Positions 8,942-18,199 of a stretch of DNA of 33,526 nucleotides are shown piece by piece; position 1 is the first letter of the stretch; each line of letters starts with the position of its first letter. Origin of the DNA: a virus. The notes below the pieces were generated by a model. That model had not been told where the DNA came from and did not search any database. It saw nothing but the letters and a program-made list of their open reading frames with translations. The stretch is taken from IMG/VR virus record IMGVR_UViG_3300035501_000483. One strand, given 5' to 3'. Both the position numbers and the translations under genes were made by a program.

Positions 8942-9388
8942 ATGATTCAAATTGTAGAAGGTAATTTAGTTAATGCAACTGAAGATTTTATTTGTCATCA
9001 AGTTAATTGTAAAGGAAAAATGAATTCTGGAGTTGCAAGAGCAGTTAGAAACAAATGGCCGCAAGTATATAATGCTTTTCTTACTAAGTGCAATGAGCCA
9101 AATGTACTTGGAGATATTCAAGTAATTCCACTATATGGTGATAAATATGTTGTAAATATGTTCTGTCAACTTGATTATGGATATGATGGGAAGCGATATA
9201 CTTCTTATGATGCTTTTTGGGAAGCTCTAAATTGGATTAAAAAAGTAATTCCTAAAACAAAGTCTATTGCTTTTCCTTGCGGGATTGGATGCGGACGTGG
9301 TGGTGCTAATTGGCATGTAATTTATTCAATGATTGAAGAAGTCCTTAAAGATTATTGGGTAACATTTTATAAATATGAAGAGTCTTAA
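8942..9388 (+). CDS. Macro domain protein (ADP-ribose binding/processing).
   Basis: ICHQVNCKGKMNSGVARAV and IAFPCGIGCGRGGANW resemble the macro-domain motifs (NAAN..GGGV..AI; AFP.ISTG). RBS AAGGGAG. Confidence 0.5.
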   Translation: MIQIVEGNLVNATEDFICHQVNCKGKMNSGVARAVRNKWPQVYNAFLTKCNEPNVLGDIQVIPLYGDKYVVNMFCQLDYGYDGKRYTSYDAFWEALNWIKKVIPKTKSIAFPCGIGCGRGGANWHVIYSMIEEVLKDYWVTFYKYEES

Positions 9389-9390
9389 AG

Positions 9391-9426
9391 AAATGGTTCT
9401 CTTTTATAAGAGAACCATTTTATTTA
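9391..9426 (+). terminator. Rho-independent terminator.
   Basis: AAATGGTTCTCTT-ttat-AAGAGAACCATTT hairpin plus T-rich tail. Confidence 0.65.
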
Positions 9427-9447
9427 TATAAAAAATTATGATATAAT
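9419..9447 (+). promoter_or_regulatory. Promoter with extended -10 (TGATATAAT) and a weak -35.
   Basis: Same tgatataatatttatataa motif as the other promoters. Confidence 0.5.
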
Positions 9448-9484
9448 ATTTATATAAAGATAAGAGAAAAGGAATTGATAAATA

Positions 9485-10183
9485 ATGAGTGTATTTTGTT
9501 GCTCAGACTTACATGGTAATTTTGAATTATATGAGCAAATTTTAAAATTTTTAAAGCCAGAAGATAAAGTGTATTGTTTGGGTGATTGCGGTGATCGAGG
9601 TACTGATTCTTGGAAACTAATCAAAGCAGTTTTATCTAATTCACAATTTATTTATATTAAAGGTAATCACGAAGAAATGCTTATTGATGCAGGAAGAGAA
9701 TTTCTTAAAAGTGAAATGAATGACCTTTCTTGGGTATTACTTACTCAAAATGGTGGTTATGATACTTTTGAAGACTGGCTAAAAGAAGATCATAATGCGC
9801 AATGGCTTAATGTATTAGATAAATTGCCTATTTTTGCTAAATATGAAAATAATGAGGGAACTGTCATTTATATGACTCATGCGGGTTTCACTCCTACGCT
9901 CGCTGAACCAACGCCGCAAACTTTTGACGCACTTTGGAGTAGAGACCATTTTTATGATGGATGGGATGAAGAGAATTTTTCTAATGTAATTTGTGTACAT
10001 GGCCATACTCCTATCCAATATATGTATAAACAATTTGAAGTTCCAGAAGAGAAGTGGGAATATGGAGCATTACATTATTGCGGGACGCATAAGATAAATA
10101 TTGACCAAGGAACATATGTTTCTAATGTTGCTTGCCTTTTGGATTTAGATACTTTTGAAGAACATCTATTTCAAGCAGAATGA
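9485..10183 (+). CDS. PPP-family (lambda-phosphatase/PrpE-like) Ser/Thr or polynucleotide phosphatase.
   Basis: Motifs GDLHG-like CSDLHGN, GDCGDRG and GNHE. TGA stop. Confidence 0.7.
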   Translation: MSVFCCSDLHGNFELYEQILKFLKPEDKVYCLGDCGDRGTDSWKLIKAVLSNSQFIYIKGNHEEMLIDAGREFLKSEMNDLSWVLLTQNGGYDTFEDWLKEDHNAQWLNVLDKLPIFAKYENNEGTVIYMTHAGFTPTLAEPTPQTFDALWSRDHFYDGWDEENFSNVICVHGHTPIQYMYKQFEVPEEKWEYGALHYCGTHKINIDQGTYVSNVACLLDLDTFEEHLFQAE

Positions 10184-10189
10184 CAATTT

Positions 10190-10218
10190 TTGACATTTTA
10201 TGAAAAATATGTTATAAT
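10190..10218 (+). promoter_or_regulatory. Consensus sigma-A promoter (TTGACA, 17 bp, TGTTATAAT).
   Basis: Perfect -35 at 10190-10195 and extended -10 at 10210-10218. Confidence 0.65.
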
Positions 10219-10309
10219 TTTTATATGAATAAGAAAGGGAAAAAATTATGGATAATAATGTTTTAATTCTTATTGGAAATATTAAAAGGGCTGCAAAGAA
10301 GAGTGTATA

Positions 10310-10579
10310 ATGGCACGTAATAATAATTATACAGAACACAGTTTTTATTGCATTTGTTGCGGTAATCGAGGAATCCCTCTTATGCGGAAACAAGGTTTTC
10401 AGCATGAGAGATTTCATCGAAAGAAACTCTACTGTCCATTCTGTAAACAAGAAGTTAATCATATAGAGTGTAAAACACTTGAAGATATAGAAGAGTTTCA
10501 GAAAAATTTTGTTAATGGGGTGTATAGAGATGAAGCAGAAGAGAGTTTGGCTTTTGTGCGGGATTCCAGCGTCAGGTAA
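10310..10579 (+). CDS. Small zinc-finger protein.
   Basis: CICCGNRG ... CPFCKQEVNH Cys pairs. A 20-codon mini-ORF (10248-10310) precedes it. Confidence 0.45.
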   Translation: MARNNNYTEHSFYCICCGNRGIPLMRKQGFQHERFHRKKLYCPFCKQEVNHIECKTLEDIEEFQKNFVNGVYRDEAEESLAFVRDSSVR

Positions 10580-10991
10580 AAGCAGTTGGGCTGCTAGACA
10601 AAATGGTAATTGCATTTCTCGTGATACTGTCCGTTTTAGTATGGTGAATGAAAATGAAGAGTATTTTTCTAAAGAAGATGCTGTTTTTAATGAATTTATT
10701 CACCAAATTAATGAGTCTATTAATACTAATGAAGATACTTATATTGATGCAACTCATATTAATCAGCGCAGTCGAAATAAAACTTTGAATAGATTGAATC
10801 TTAAAGGTGTTGATATTTATGTGGTAAATTTTCTTACTTCTCTTGAAACTTGTCTTAAGCGCAATTCCAAAAGAGAAGGCAGAGCGCAAGTTCCTGAGTC
10901 TGTTATTCAAAATATGAATAACTCTTTTGTTCCTGCTTCCCCAAATGAAAAATATGAATATAAAAAAATTATTTATATTAAGGAGGTTTGA
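10530..10991 (+). CDS. P-loop kinase (AAA_33/polynucleotide-kinase-like).
   Basis: Walker A LLCGIPASGKSSWA. Overlaps the upstream ORF end. Its stop overlaps the downstream start. Confidence 0.55.
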   Translation: MKQKRVWLLCGIPASGKSSWAARQNGNCISRDTVRFSMVNENEEYFSKEDAVFNEFIHQINESINTNEDTYIDATHINQRSRNKTLNRLNLKGVDIYVVNFLTSLETCLKRNSKREGRAQVPESVIQNMNNSFVPASPNEKYEYKKIIYIKEV

Positions 10992-11551
10992 TGCTTATGA
11001 TTTTCGTGTCATCCGATTGGCACTTCTGGCACGATAAAGAATTTATCTGGAAAGCCCGAGGATTTAACAGTGTCCAAGAGATGAATGAAGCAATTATTTA
11101 TAGACATAATTCAAGAGTAATTGATTCTGATGATGTTTATGTTCTTGGAGATTTATGTTTGGGCGATCTTGAAGCTGGGAGAGAATGTATCTCTCAGATG
11201 AGGGGAAAGTTACATATCGTTCTTGGTAATCACGATACCTCTCGCCGCATTGAAATGTATAAGTCACTTCCAAATGTAGTTGAAATCGCAGATGCGCTCC
11301 GCATTGATTTTGGAAAGTATCATTTCATTGCAACACATTATCCTATGCTAACTGGAAATTTGGAAAAAGAATCTTTAAAGCGAATGACTCTCAATTTGCA
11401 CGGCCACACTCATTCTTCTAGCAAGTTTTATTATGAACTTCCTTACTGTTATCATGTGGGAGTAGATGCTCATGATTGTAAACCTGTGCAAATGGAAATT
11501 ATTTTAGAGGATATGAAAAATAAAGTATATGATTTGAACCTTGTTAATTAA
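10991..11551 (+). CDS. Metallophosphoesterase, translationally coupled to the kinase.
   Basis: Motifs SDWHFWHD, VLGDLCLGD and VLGNHD, with downstream His residues. ATG overlaps the kinase TGA (ATGA). Confidence 0.65.
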   Translation: MLMIFVSSDWHFWHDKEFIWKARGFNSVQEMNEAIIYRHNSRVIDSDDVYVLGDLCLGDLEAGRECISQMRGKLHIVLGNHDTSRRIEMYKSLPNVVEIADALRIDFGKYHFIATHYPMLTGNLEKESLKRMTLNLHGHTHSSSKFYYELPYCYHVGVDAHDCKPVQMEIILEDMKNKVYDLNLVN

Positions 11552-11569
11552 ATAAAAAGGAGATTATTT

Positions 11570-13009
11570 ATGAGTAGTATTATTACGCCCCATTTCATCA
11601 TTCCCGCCATTATTGTAATTGCGGTGATTGTAATTCTTGCTTCTGGATATTTGAAGGCACCGCCTGACCAAGCATATATTATTTCTGGGCTTGGGAAGAA
11701 ACCTAGGATTCTGGTCGGTCAAGCGGGAATTAAGATTCCTTTCTTTGAGCGAGTAGATAAGCTAGCTCTTGGTGCTGTTCAGATTGACGTAAAGACTTCT
11801 AGTGCGGTTCCTACTGCTGAGTATATCAATGTGCGAGTGGATTCCAATGTAAACGTACGGATTGGGCAGTCTACTGAAATGATTGAGCTTGCTGCTCAGA
11901 ATTTTCTGAACGTATCTCGTGGAGTGATTAATGATAAGGTACGTGACCTTCTGGAAGGTAATGTTCGTGAGATTGTGGGTAGCATGGCGCTGACTGACAT
12001 GGTTTCTGACCGTAAGGCATTTGCTGAAAAGGTTCAGGAAAATGCTGTTCCTGATTTGGCTCGTTTTGGTTTGGAACTGATTTCTTTTAATGTCCAGAAC
12101 TTCATTGATGATAATGGCGTAATTGAAAATCTTGGTATTGATAATGTGGAGCAAATTCGTAAGAAGGCTGCTATCGCAAAGTCTGATGCTCAGCGTGAAA
12201 TTGCTATTGCTGAAGCTAATAATGCTAAGACTTCTAATGATGCTAAGGTGCAGGCTGCAGAGGAAATTGCAAGTCGTAATAACGACCTGGCAATTAAGCA
12301 GGCTCAGTTGAAGCAGGAGGCTGATACTAAGCAGGCTCAGGCAGATGCAGCTAAGGAAATTGAGGCTGAGAACCAGCGTAAACTGCGTGATGTCGCTGCA
12401 ACTAATGCCAATATTGCTAAGGCTGAGCGTGAAGCTGAACTGAAGCAAAAGCAAATTGAACTTAAGGAATATGAGCTGGATGCTTTGGTGCGCAAGCAGG
12501 CTGATGCAGAAAAGTATGCTGCTGAGAAGCAGGCTGAGGCTGATTTGATTTCTCGCCAAAAGAAGGCAGAAGCAGAACGTTTCGAGCGTGAGCAGAAAGC
12601 TGAAGCTGATAAGTTTGCGGCTCTGCAAGAAGCTGAAGCTATGAAGGCTAAGGCTGATGCTACTAAGTATGCGGCCTTGGCTGAAGCTGAAGGTATTGCA
12701 GCCAAGGGTTCTGCAGAAGCTGAGGCCATTGATAAGAAGGCAGAAGCCCAGAAAAAGATGGGTGAAGCATCTGTCCTGGAAATGTACTTTGACGCGCTCC
12801 CTGAAGTTGTTAAGCAAGCTGCCATCCCTCTTGCTAATGTGGATAGAATTACTATGTACGGGTCTGATAATTCCACTAAGATGGTTGGAGACGTGATGCA
12901 GTCGGCTGACCAGATTATGGCTGCAGTATCCAATGCTACGGGCATTGATATGAAGACTGTGATTGCTAGTTACCTTGGTAGTAAGGGTGCTCAGAATACT
13001 GAAGAGTAA
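11570..13009 (+). CDS. Flotillin-like SPFH/band-7 membrane protein with a long EA-repeat coiled coil.
   Basis: N-terminal TM helix (IIPAIIVIAVIVILA), SPFH-like body, then an approximately 200-aa A/E/K-rich coiled coil. RBS AAAGGAG. GC-richer than surrounding genes. Confidence 0.6.
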   Translation: MSSIITPHFIIPAIIVIAVIVILASGYLKAPPDQAYIISGLGKKPRILVGQAGIKIPFFERVDKLALGAVQIDVKTSSAVPTAEYINVRVDSNVNVRIGQSTEMIELAAQNFLNVSRGVINDKVRDLLEGNVREIVGSMALTDMVSDRKAFAEKVQENAVPDLARFGLELISFNVQNFIDDNGVIENLGIDNVEQIRKKAAIAKSDAQREIAIAEANNAKTSNDAKVQAAEEIASRNNDLAIKQAQLKQEADTKQAQADAAKEIEAENQRKLRDVAATNANIAKAEREAELKQKQIELKEYELDALVRKQADAEKYAAEKQAEADLISRQKKAEAERFEREQKAEADKFAALQEAEAMKAKADATKYAALAEAEGIAAKGSAEAEAIDKKAEAQKKMGEASVLEMYFDALPEVVKQAAIPLANVDRITMYGSDNSTKMVGDVMQSADQIMAAVSNATGIDMKTVIASYLGSKGAQNTEE

Positions 13010-13021
13010 GATATATTTAAT

Positions 13022-13053
13022 GCGGTATAGATTTTTCTATACCGCATTTTTTT
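13022..13053 (+). terminator. Rho-independent terminator.
   Basis: GCGGTATAG-a-ttttt-CTATACCGC perfect hairpin plus a T7 run. Confidence 0.75.
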
Positions 13054-13135
13054 ATACTTCTACCCAGGCGCCCGGCGCGGCCGAGGTTTGGAAATTTTGC
13101 GCCTATAGAAATTTTTTTAGCAAAAGCCTCCAAAT

Positions 13136-13164
13136 TTGCTTTCTATACATTTTTATGCTATAAT
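13136..13164 (+). promoter_or_regulatory. Sigma-A-type promoter (TTGCTT, 17 bp, TGCTATAAT).
   Basis: Extended -10 at 13156-13164. Confidence 0.5.
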
Positions 13165-13198
13165 ATATATAGAAATAATAGTAGAAAGGAGTAGTATA

Positions 13199-13630
13199 AT
13201 GAAATATGAACCTATTTTTGAATGGGATGAAACCACAAGAACAGCAGTATGTATTCTAAGCGATGGCGAAAAATTATTTTATGGAACTGCTAATTGCCAT
13301 TCGGACGATGCAGATATGTGTAGTGAAAAAACTGGTTGTGAAATCGCTTTTAGACGAGCAAAAATTAAATATTATAGATATTATAGAGATTGCTTAAAAG
13401 AACGTAAAGCTGCGCTTCATCAATTATATTATTCTATAAATAAAAGTAAGAAATTTAATGAAAAATCTTATGAAAATAGAATGTTACAAAGACAAATTCA
13501 TATGATTGATTTTGATTTAAATACAGCTTATGAATTGTTAGCTAATGAAGAACAAGATTTAATAGAATATATTAAAAATAAAGATGAATTTTATAAAAAT
13601 ATACGAAAGAATCGAAAAGGCCAAAAGTAA
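13199..13630 (+). CDS. Hypothetical protein (143 aa).
   Basis: RBS AAAGGAG lies 8 nt before ATG 13199. The ORF-track start at 13136 was rejected because it lies inside the promoter. Confidence 0.5.
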   Translation: MKYEPIFEWDETTRTAVCILSDGEKLFYGTANCHSDDADMCSEKTGCEIAFRRAKIKYYRYYRDCLKERKAALHQLYYSINKSKKFNEKSYENRMLQRQIHMIDFDLNTAYELLANEEQDLIEYIKNKDEFYKNIRKNRKGQK

Positions 13631-13685
13631 GTAATGCTTATTTTTTAATTTCCATTATCTATGAAGGGCATATCCTGAAGAAGGA

Positions 13686-13943
13686 GTGGTTATTATAGTC
13701 TGGAGTTTCATGTTCGGTATAATTTTTATTGCATTTATTTATCCCATGATTGAATCTGGAGTTAATGTAATAATAACTTATTTAGAAATGGTCAAAGGTA
13801 AATTCACTGTTGAAATAACTAAAATGAATTTACAAATTTCAAAACTTGCAAATCCAGAAGAAGAGCAAAGTGTAACTCATGCTATCGGATTTGCAATACC
13901 AACCGAAGAAGAAGAGGAAGAGGCATATGAAGAAGATATATAA
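13686..13943 (+). CDS. Small membrane protein with an acidic C-terminus. Start is uncertain.
   Basis: ORF with an N-terminal hydrophobic segment and an EEEEEEAYEEDI tail. Overlaps the start of the next gene. Confidence 0.3.
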   Translation: MVIIVWSFMFGIIFIAFIYPMIESGVNVIITYLEMVKGKFTVEITKMNLQISKLANPEEEQSVTHAIGFAIPTEEEEEEAYEEDI

Positions 13944-15186
13944 ATTTTATGATACTTGCAGTTTGTTAATAAAAGCAGATTCTTTATTTGAAGATGAAGA
14001 CCATGTAATTATTTCTTCTATTACTTTAGATGAATTAGAAAATATTAAGACTTCCGCAAATAAAGATGCTGATGTAAAATATGCGGCCCGCAGACTATTG
14101 CATCTTTTGGATGAGCATCCTGACGCCTATGAGGTATGGATTTTCAAAAAGAGTATGCTTGAGCCAATTATTGAAAAAGACTTATCAATAACAAATGACA
14201 CTTCAATTTTAGCAACAGCTATTGATTATGATAAAAATTGTCATCCTGATGAAACAATTTTTGTTACTAATGATTTAGCATTAAAAAATATTGCTAATTT
14301 ATTTTTTGGAAATGATTCAATTGAAAGTGTCGAAGAAGAAGCTATAGATGATTATACTGGGTATCTTGAAATTACTATGTCAGATGACCTTATGTCAGAA
14401 TTTTACTCTCAACCATTTACTAATATGTTTAACTTAAAGGTTAATCAATATTTAGTAGTGTCAAATATGGATAATGAAATTGTAGATACTCTTTGCTGGA
14501 CTGGTGAAGAATATCGGCATCTTAATTATAAAAACTTTAGTTCTCGTTACTTTGGCGACGTAAAACCTTTTAAAGGAGATATTTATTAGGCAATACTCGC
14601 TGATAGCTTAATTAGTAACAAAATTACATTAGTAAAAGGCCCGGCCGGTTCTGGAAAAACTTATTTATCTCTTGCCTACTTACTTAGTCAATTGGATAAA
14701 GGAAAAATTGATAAAATCATAGTATTTTGTAATACAGTGGCGACTAAAGGATCTGCTAAACTGGGGTATTACCCTGGAACGCGAGACGAGAAGCTCCTTG
14801 ACTCGCAAATCGGCAATCTTTTAGCTAGTAAATTAGGTGGGCGTTTATTGGTTGAACAAATGATCCAACAAGAAAAATTAGTTCTTTTACCATTGAGTGA
14901 TATACGAGGTTATGATACTTCTGGAATGAATGCTGGAATTTATATCTCAGAAGCGCAAAATATGGATGTTAGTTTGATGAAACTTACATTACAAAGAATT
15001 GGCGATGACAGTATTTGTATTATTGATGGCGATTGTAAAACGCAAGTTGATAGTATTGAATACTCTGGGTCTAATAATGGTATGCGTCGTGCCTCTAAAA
15101 TCTTTAGAGGTGAAGACATTTATGGAGAAGTTACTTTAAAAACAATCCATCGCTCAAGAATCGCAGAAATTGCAGAAAATATGTAA
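13927..15186 (+). CDS. PhoH2/YlaK-like PIN-domain plus PhoH ATPase. One in-frame TAG (14587-14589) is read as sense.
   Basis: PIN-like N-terminus (KIYKFYDTCSLL...). After the TAG, the same frame continues into the PhoH Walker A motif VKGPAGSGKT and an SEAQN box. RBS GAGGAAGAGG. Confidence 0.7.
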
Positions 15187-15192
15187 ATTATT

Positions 15193-15231
15193 AAAGACTT
15201 AGAATTTTTAATTCTAAGTCTTTAATTTTTG
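15193..15231 (+). terminator. Rho-independent terminator.
   Basis: AAAGACTTAGAATT-ttta-ATTCTAAGTCTTT hairpin plus T-run. Confidence 0.7.
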
Positions 15232-15249
15232 CTAAAAAGAAGGTAAAAA

Positions 15250-15879
15250 ATGGCAAATCCAAATTCACAATATACTTCAAATTTAAATTTAGAATTGATT
15301 TATGAAGGAACTAAAGTTGATAATGATTTATTCAATGATAATTTTACTAAAATTGATACCGCTCATGGAAATCATTTTACAGTGGCTTTGATTCCTTTTT
15401 CAACCACTCCTACTTTATTATATGATGGATCTAGTTCAAAGACATATACTGTTGATCTTCCTACTCCAATTATTATTCCTGATGAAACTTGGAGAATAAA
15501 AATTTATTATTTTGGAACTGCATGGAATAATTATCCTTCAACCACTACCTCATATACTCATTCAAATCTTGATTTGAATTATTATACTACAAAATCTCGC
15601 AGGGAAACAATTAGTTATCCAGAATCTGCGAGTAAAAAAACAGAGTCTGGTGGTTCTCCATATGACAATTATTAGGAAGAAATATTTCTAACAGAAGGTC
15701 GTAGAATAGTATTACCGCGTACAGGAACAATTAATGGGACTTGTGTAACTGGTAATACTTTCCAATGGGCAACTTCTACAATAGATTCAGCTACTTATAC
15801 ATCTATATCTATTGTTGGTAGTAATCCAACTTATTAGCCCATTATACATGGATTATATGCCGAATTCACTAAATTCTAA
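15250..15879 (+). CDS. Tail-fibre/receptor-binding-like protein, paralogue 1. Two in-frame TAGs are read as sense.
   Basis: RBS AAGAAGGT. The N-terminal motif NLNLELIYEGTKVDNDLFNDNFTKID is shared with the 17635 and 18200 genes. The frame runs through TAG at 15673 and about 15832 to TAA 15877-15879. Confidence 0.5.
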
Positions 15880-15897
15880 AGAAGGGAGAAGATTTAA

Positions 15898-16302
15898 TTG
15901 AAATATAGTTCAAGTAATAAACCATTACAATGTATGATGACAAATAGTACTTGTTATAAAGGTACTACAACAATGACGATTAAAGGTGTTTTATGGCATA
16001 GTACTGGAGCAAATAATCCCAATTTAAAAAGATATGTTTAGCCCAGTTCTAATGACCCCAATTATAAAACACTAATCAGCAAGATTGGTAAAAATACCAA
16101 TAATAGTGATTGGAATCATATTGAACGTGAAGCTGGTTTGAATTGCTGGATTGGTAAGCTGGCTGATGGAACTGTGGCCACTGTATAGACAATGCCTTGG
16201 AATTATAAACCGTGGGGTTGTGGTAAAGGTTCTAAAGGGTCTTGTAACAACGGGTGGATTCAATTTGAGATTGACTCTTCAAACAGTCTCCGTATAGAGT
16301 AA
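15898..16302 (+). CDS. N-acetylmuramoyl-L-alanine amidase (Amidase_2/T7-lysozyme fold) endolysin, exon 1. Two in-frame TAGs are read as sense.
   Basis: GVLWHSTGANNP compared with T7 lysozyme IFVHCSATKP; DGTV; NGWIQFEI compared with NSIGVCLV. RBS GAAGGGAG. As drawn, ends at TAA 16300; the true 5' splice site lies a few codons upstream. Confidence 0.55.
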
Positions 16303-16667
16303 TCTGTATGTTAAAATATGCATTGAATTGCTGGGAACTCCTAAAGCTATATCTACCACAACAGAAAGATGAAATAAGCTTAAATGTGAAGGTTACGAAA
16401 GTAGAAAAAAAGATATAGATGGCACAAGGTTAAATCCTAAATGTTTGAATAATGGACAATCAGCAGCGAAGTCTCGAATAGAGAAACGTTCAACGACTAT
16501 CCTGTAAAGGAGTAGATTATATTGTCAGATATAATCGAAGTGGTGCACTCCATTTATTAATGGATGAAGATATAGTCTGTACTTTATTGAAAAATAAAGA
16601 GATTAAGAATAATCAAGTATAAAGAAATTTGACAAATTTCATTTAAAAAAATACTTTAACAAAATAG
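16303..16667 (+). ncRNA. Putative group I self-splicing intron in the endolysin gene. Boundaries are approximate, plus or minus 20 nt.
   Basis: About 365 nt with stops in all frames, separating two same-frame halves of one Amidase_2 domain. Contains the group I J8/7-P7 signature AAGATATAGTC (16568-16578) with a complementary GACTATC at 16495-16501. A CTTTATT-GAAA-AATAAAG tetraloop hairpin (16582-16599) sits immediately 3', in a P9-like position. Confidence 0.5.
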
Positions 16668-17217
16668 ATGTGAAGATGATTTAAACGATGAGACCTATTT
16701 TAACAAAGTTTATAAAGAAGCTTGTGAAATTACAGCTTATTTATGTAAATTATACAACATTGACCCTAATGGAACTACAACTTTTAATGGTGTAAAAGTT
16801 CCAACAATTTTATGTCACCATGATAGTTATACATATGGCCTTGGCTCTAATCATGCGGATGTTACTCACTGGTTTCCAAAATTTGGAAAAAGCATGGCCA
16901 CAGCCAGAAATGATGTAGCTAATTTAATGAATGGAGTTACTTCCACTTCTACTTCAGTATCTACATCTACATCAAAAATTACACCAATTAATAAAGAGGA
17001 GGATGAAGACATGACTCAAGAAAAATTTAATGAAATGATGACTAGTTATATCAATACTCTTGCGGAAAAAGATGCTACATTTGAGAAAGACGCAATGGAA
17101 TGGGCTAATGCTAATGGTTTAATTAGTGGCGACGATAAAGGCCGATTAATGCCTAAAAAGTTTTTGACTCGTGGAGAAATGGCTGTTATCCTAAAGCGTT
17201 ACAACGAGAAAAAGTAA
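16668..17217 (+). CDS. Endolysin exon 2: Amidase_2 C-terminal catalytic segment, Ser/Thr linker and SLH-like cell-wall-binding module.
   Basis: ILCHHDSYTYGLGSNHADVTHW compared with T7 lysozyme LRAHHEVAPKACPSFD. The tail EWANANGLISGDDKGRLMPKKFLTRGEMAVIL fits the SLH consensus. Same reading frame as exon 1. No ATG/RBS of its own precedes the domain start. Confidence 0.5.
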
Positions 17218-17244
17218 ATTAATTTCCAGAAAGAAGGATAATTT

Positions 17245-17553
17245 ATGAAAAAAAATAAACATGAATTTTCCAAAGCGCTCTTAATCCAAGAGTCAATATT
17301 GATATGGATTATTTCTTTATCCTTCATTATTCTCGCATTTTACTGCATTAAACAAGGCTTTACTGGCTCTTTGCCATGGCTTGCCGCAATGGTTAGTTTC
17401 CCCTGGACAGCATATGGCGTGAGTCAAGCTTTCTATTATAATAAAGCTAAAGCCGAAAATACTACAGAACATGGTATTGCTTACCATGAAATGATGACAT
17501 CACGTTCTAGTGATGAAGAAGATTCCTCTATTGATACAGATTATGGAATCTAA
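17245..17553 (+). CDS. Holin.
   Basis: Small protein with two TM helices and a charged C-terminus, immediately downstream of the endolysin. RBS AGAAGGA. Confidence 0.55.
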   Translation: MKKNKHEFSKALLIQESILIWIISLSFIILAFYCIKQGFTGSLPWLAAMVSFPWTAYGVSQAFYYNKAKAENTTEHGIAYHEMMTSRSSDEEDSSIDTDYGI

Positions 17554-17557
17554 AAGT

Positions 17558-17622
<65 letters not shown>

Positions 17623-17634
17623 TGAGGAAATAAA

Positions 17635-18168
17635 ATGGCAACATCAAAAACTGAAAACCTTGGATTAAATGTTTTCTCAACTGGAGATAAAATTTTAGCA
17701 AGTGAAATAAATACAAATTTTTAGACTTTGGAGGATAATATAGATATGAGTGCTAAAATAGTGGGGACTGCGCATGATGGAGGTAGTGCAACATCATTTA
17801 CAATTACTTTACCTACTACAGATTATGATTATTTGACAGTGAAGATAGAATGTCCTATACCTTGGATATTTAGTAATTATGGGTTAACGTCACCATCAAC
17901 ATCTCCTTATCGTATTTATACTATTAAAAAACCTTCTTCTAGTTACACTTTTTATTTTAAAACTCTAAATGAGACATATTAGTTGAGAAATAGTTCCTCA
18001 AGTAGTTATGCTTATTATTACTATTCTGTTTTAGACGCTTTAAAAAATCAAACAGGCGTGTTAGACGGATCTACCCTTACTCTTTCAAATTTTTATAGTA
18101 AAATATATGGGATGTCAACTGAATACCCTTACTACGCTATCGAAGTAGTCCAATATAAATATAGCTAA
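17635..18168 (+). CDS. Tail-fibre/receptor-binding-like protein, paralogue 2. Two in-frame TAGs are read as sense.
   Basis: ATG 17635 with RBS GAGGAAA. ENLGLNVFSTGDKILASEINTNF-Q-TLEDN is the shared N-terminal motif. One frame continues across TAG at 17722 and 17980 to TAA. The C-terminus YAIEVVQYKYS is shared with the next gene. Confidence 0.55.
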
Positions 18169-18199
18169 TCAAATTCTCCAAAGGAGGTAATATTATAAT

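Noticed and set aside
11762-12945. Long minus-strand ORFs (351 aa and 202 aa) antisense to the flotillin-like gene.
   Set aside because: They are low-complexity Leu/Ser-rich translations mirroring the EA-repeat coiled coil. They have no promoter or RBS, and every other gene is on the + strand.
16072-16263. Minus-strand 63-aa ORF inside endolysin exon 1.
   Set aside because: It is antisense to a domain-bearing CDS and has no expression signals.
16262-16370. +1 frameshift continuation of endolysin exon 1 into the frame reading ...NLYVKICIELLGTPKAISTTTER.
   Set aside because: That frame stops at TGA after 35 codons and does not reach the C-terminal amidase segment. The in-frame, intron-like interruption with a J8/7-P7 signature explains the data better.
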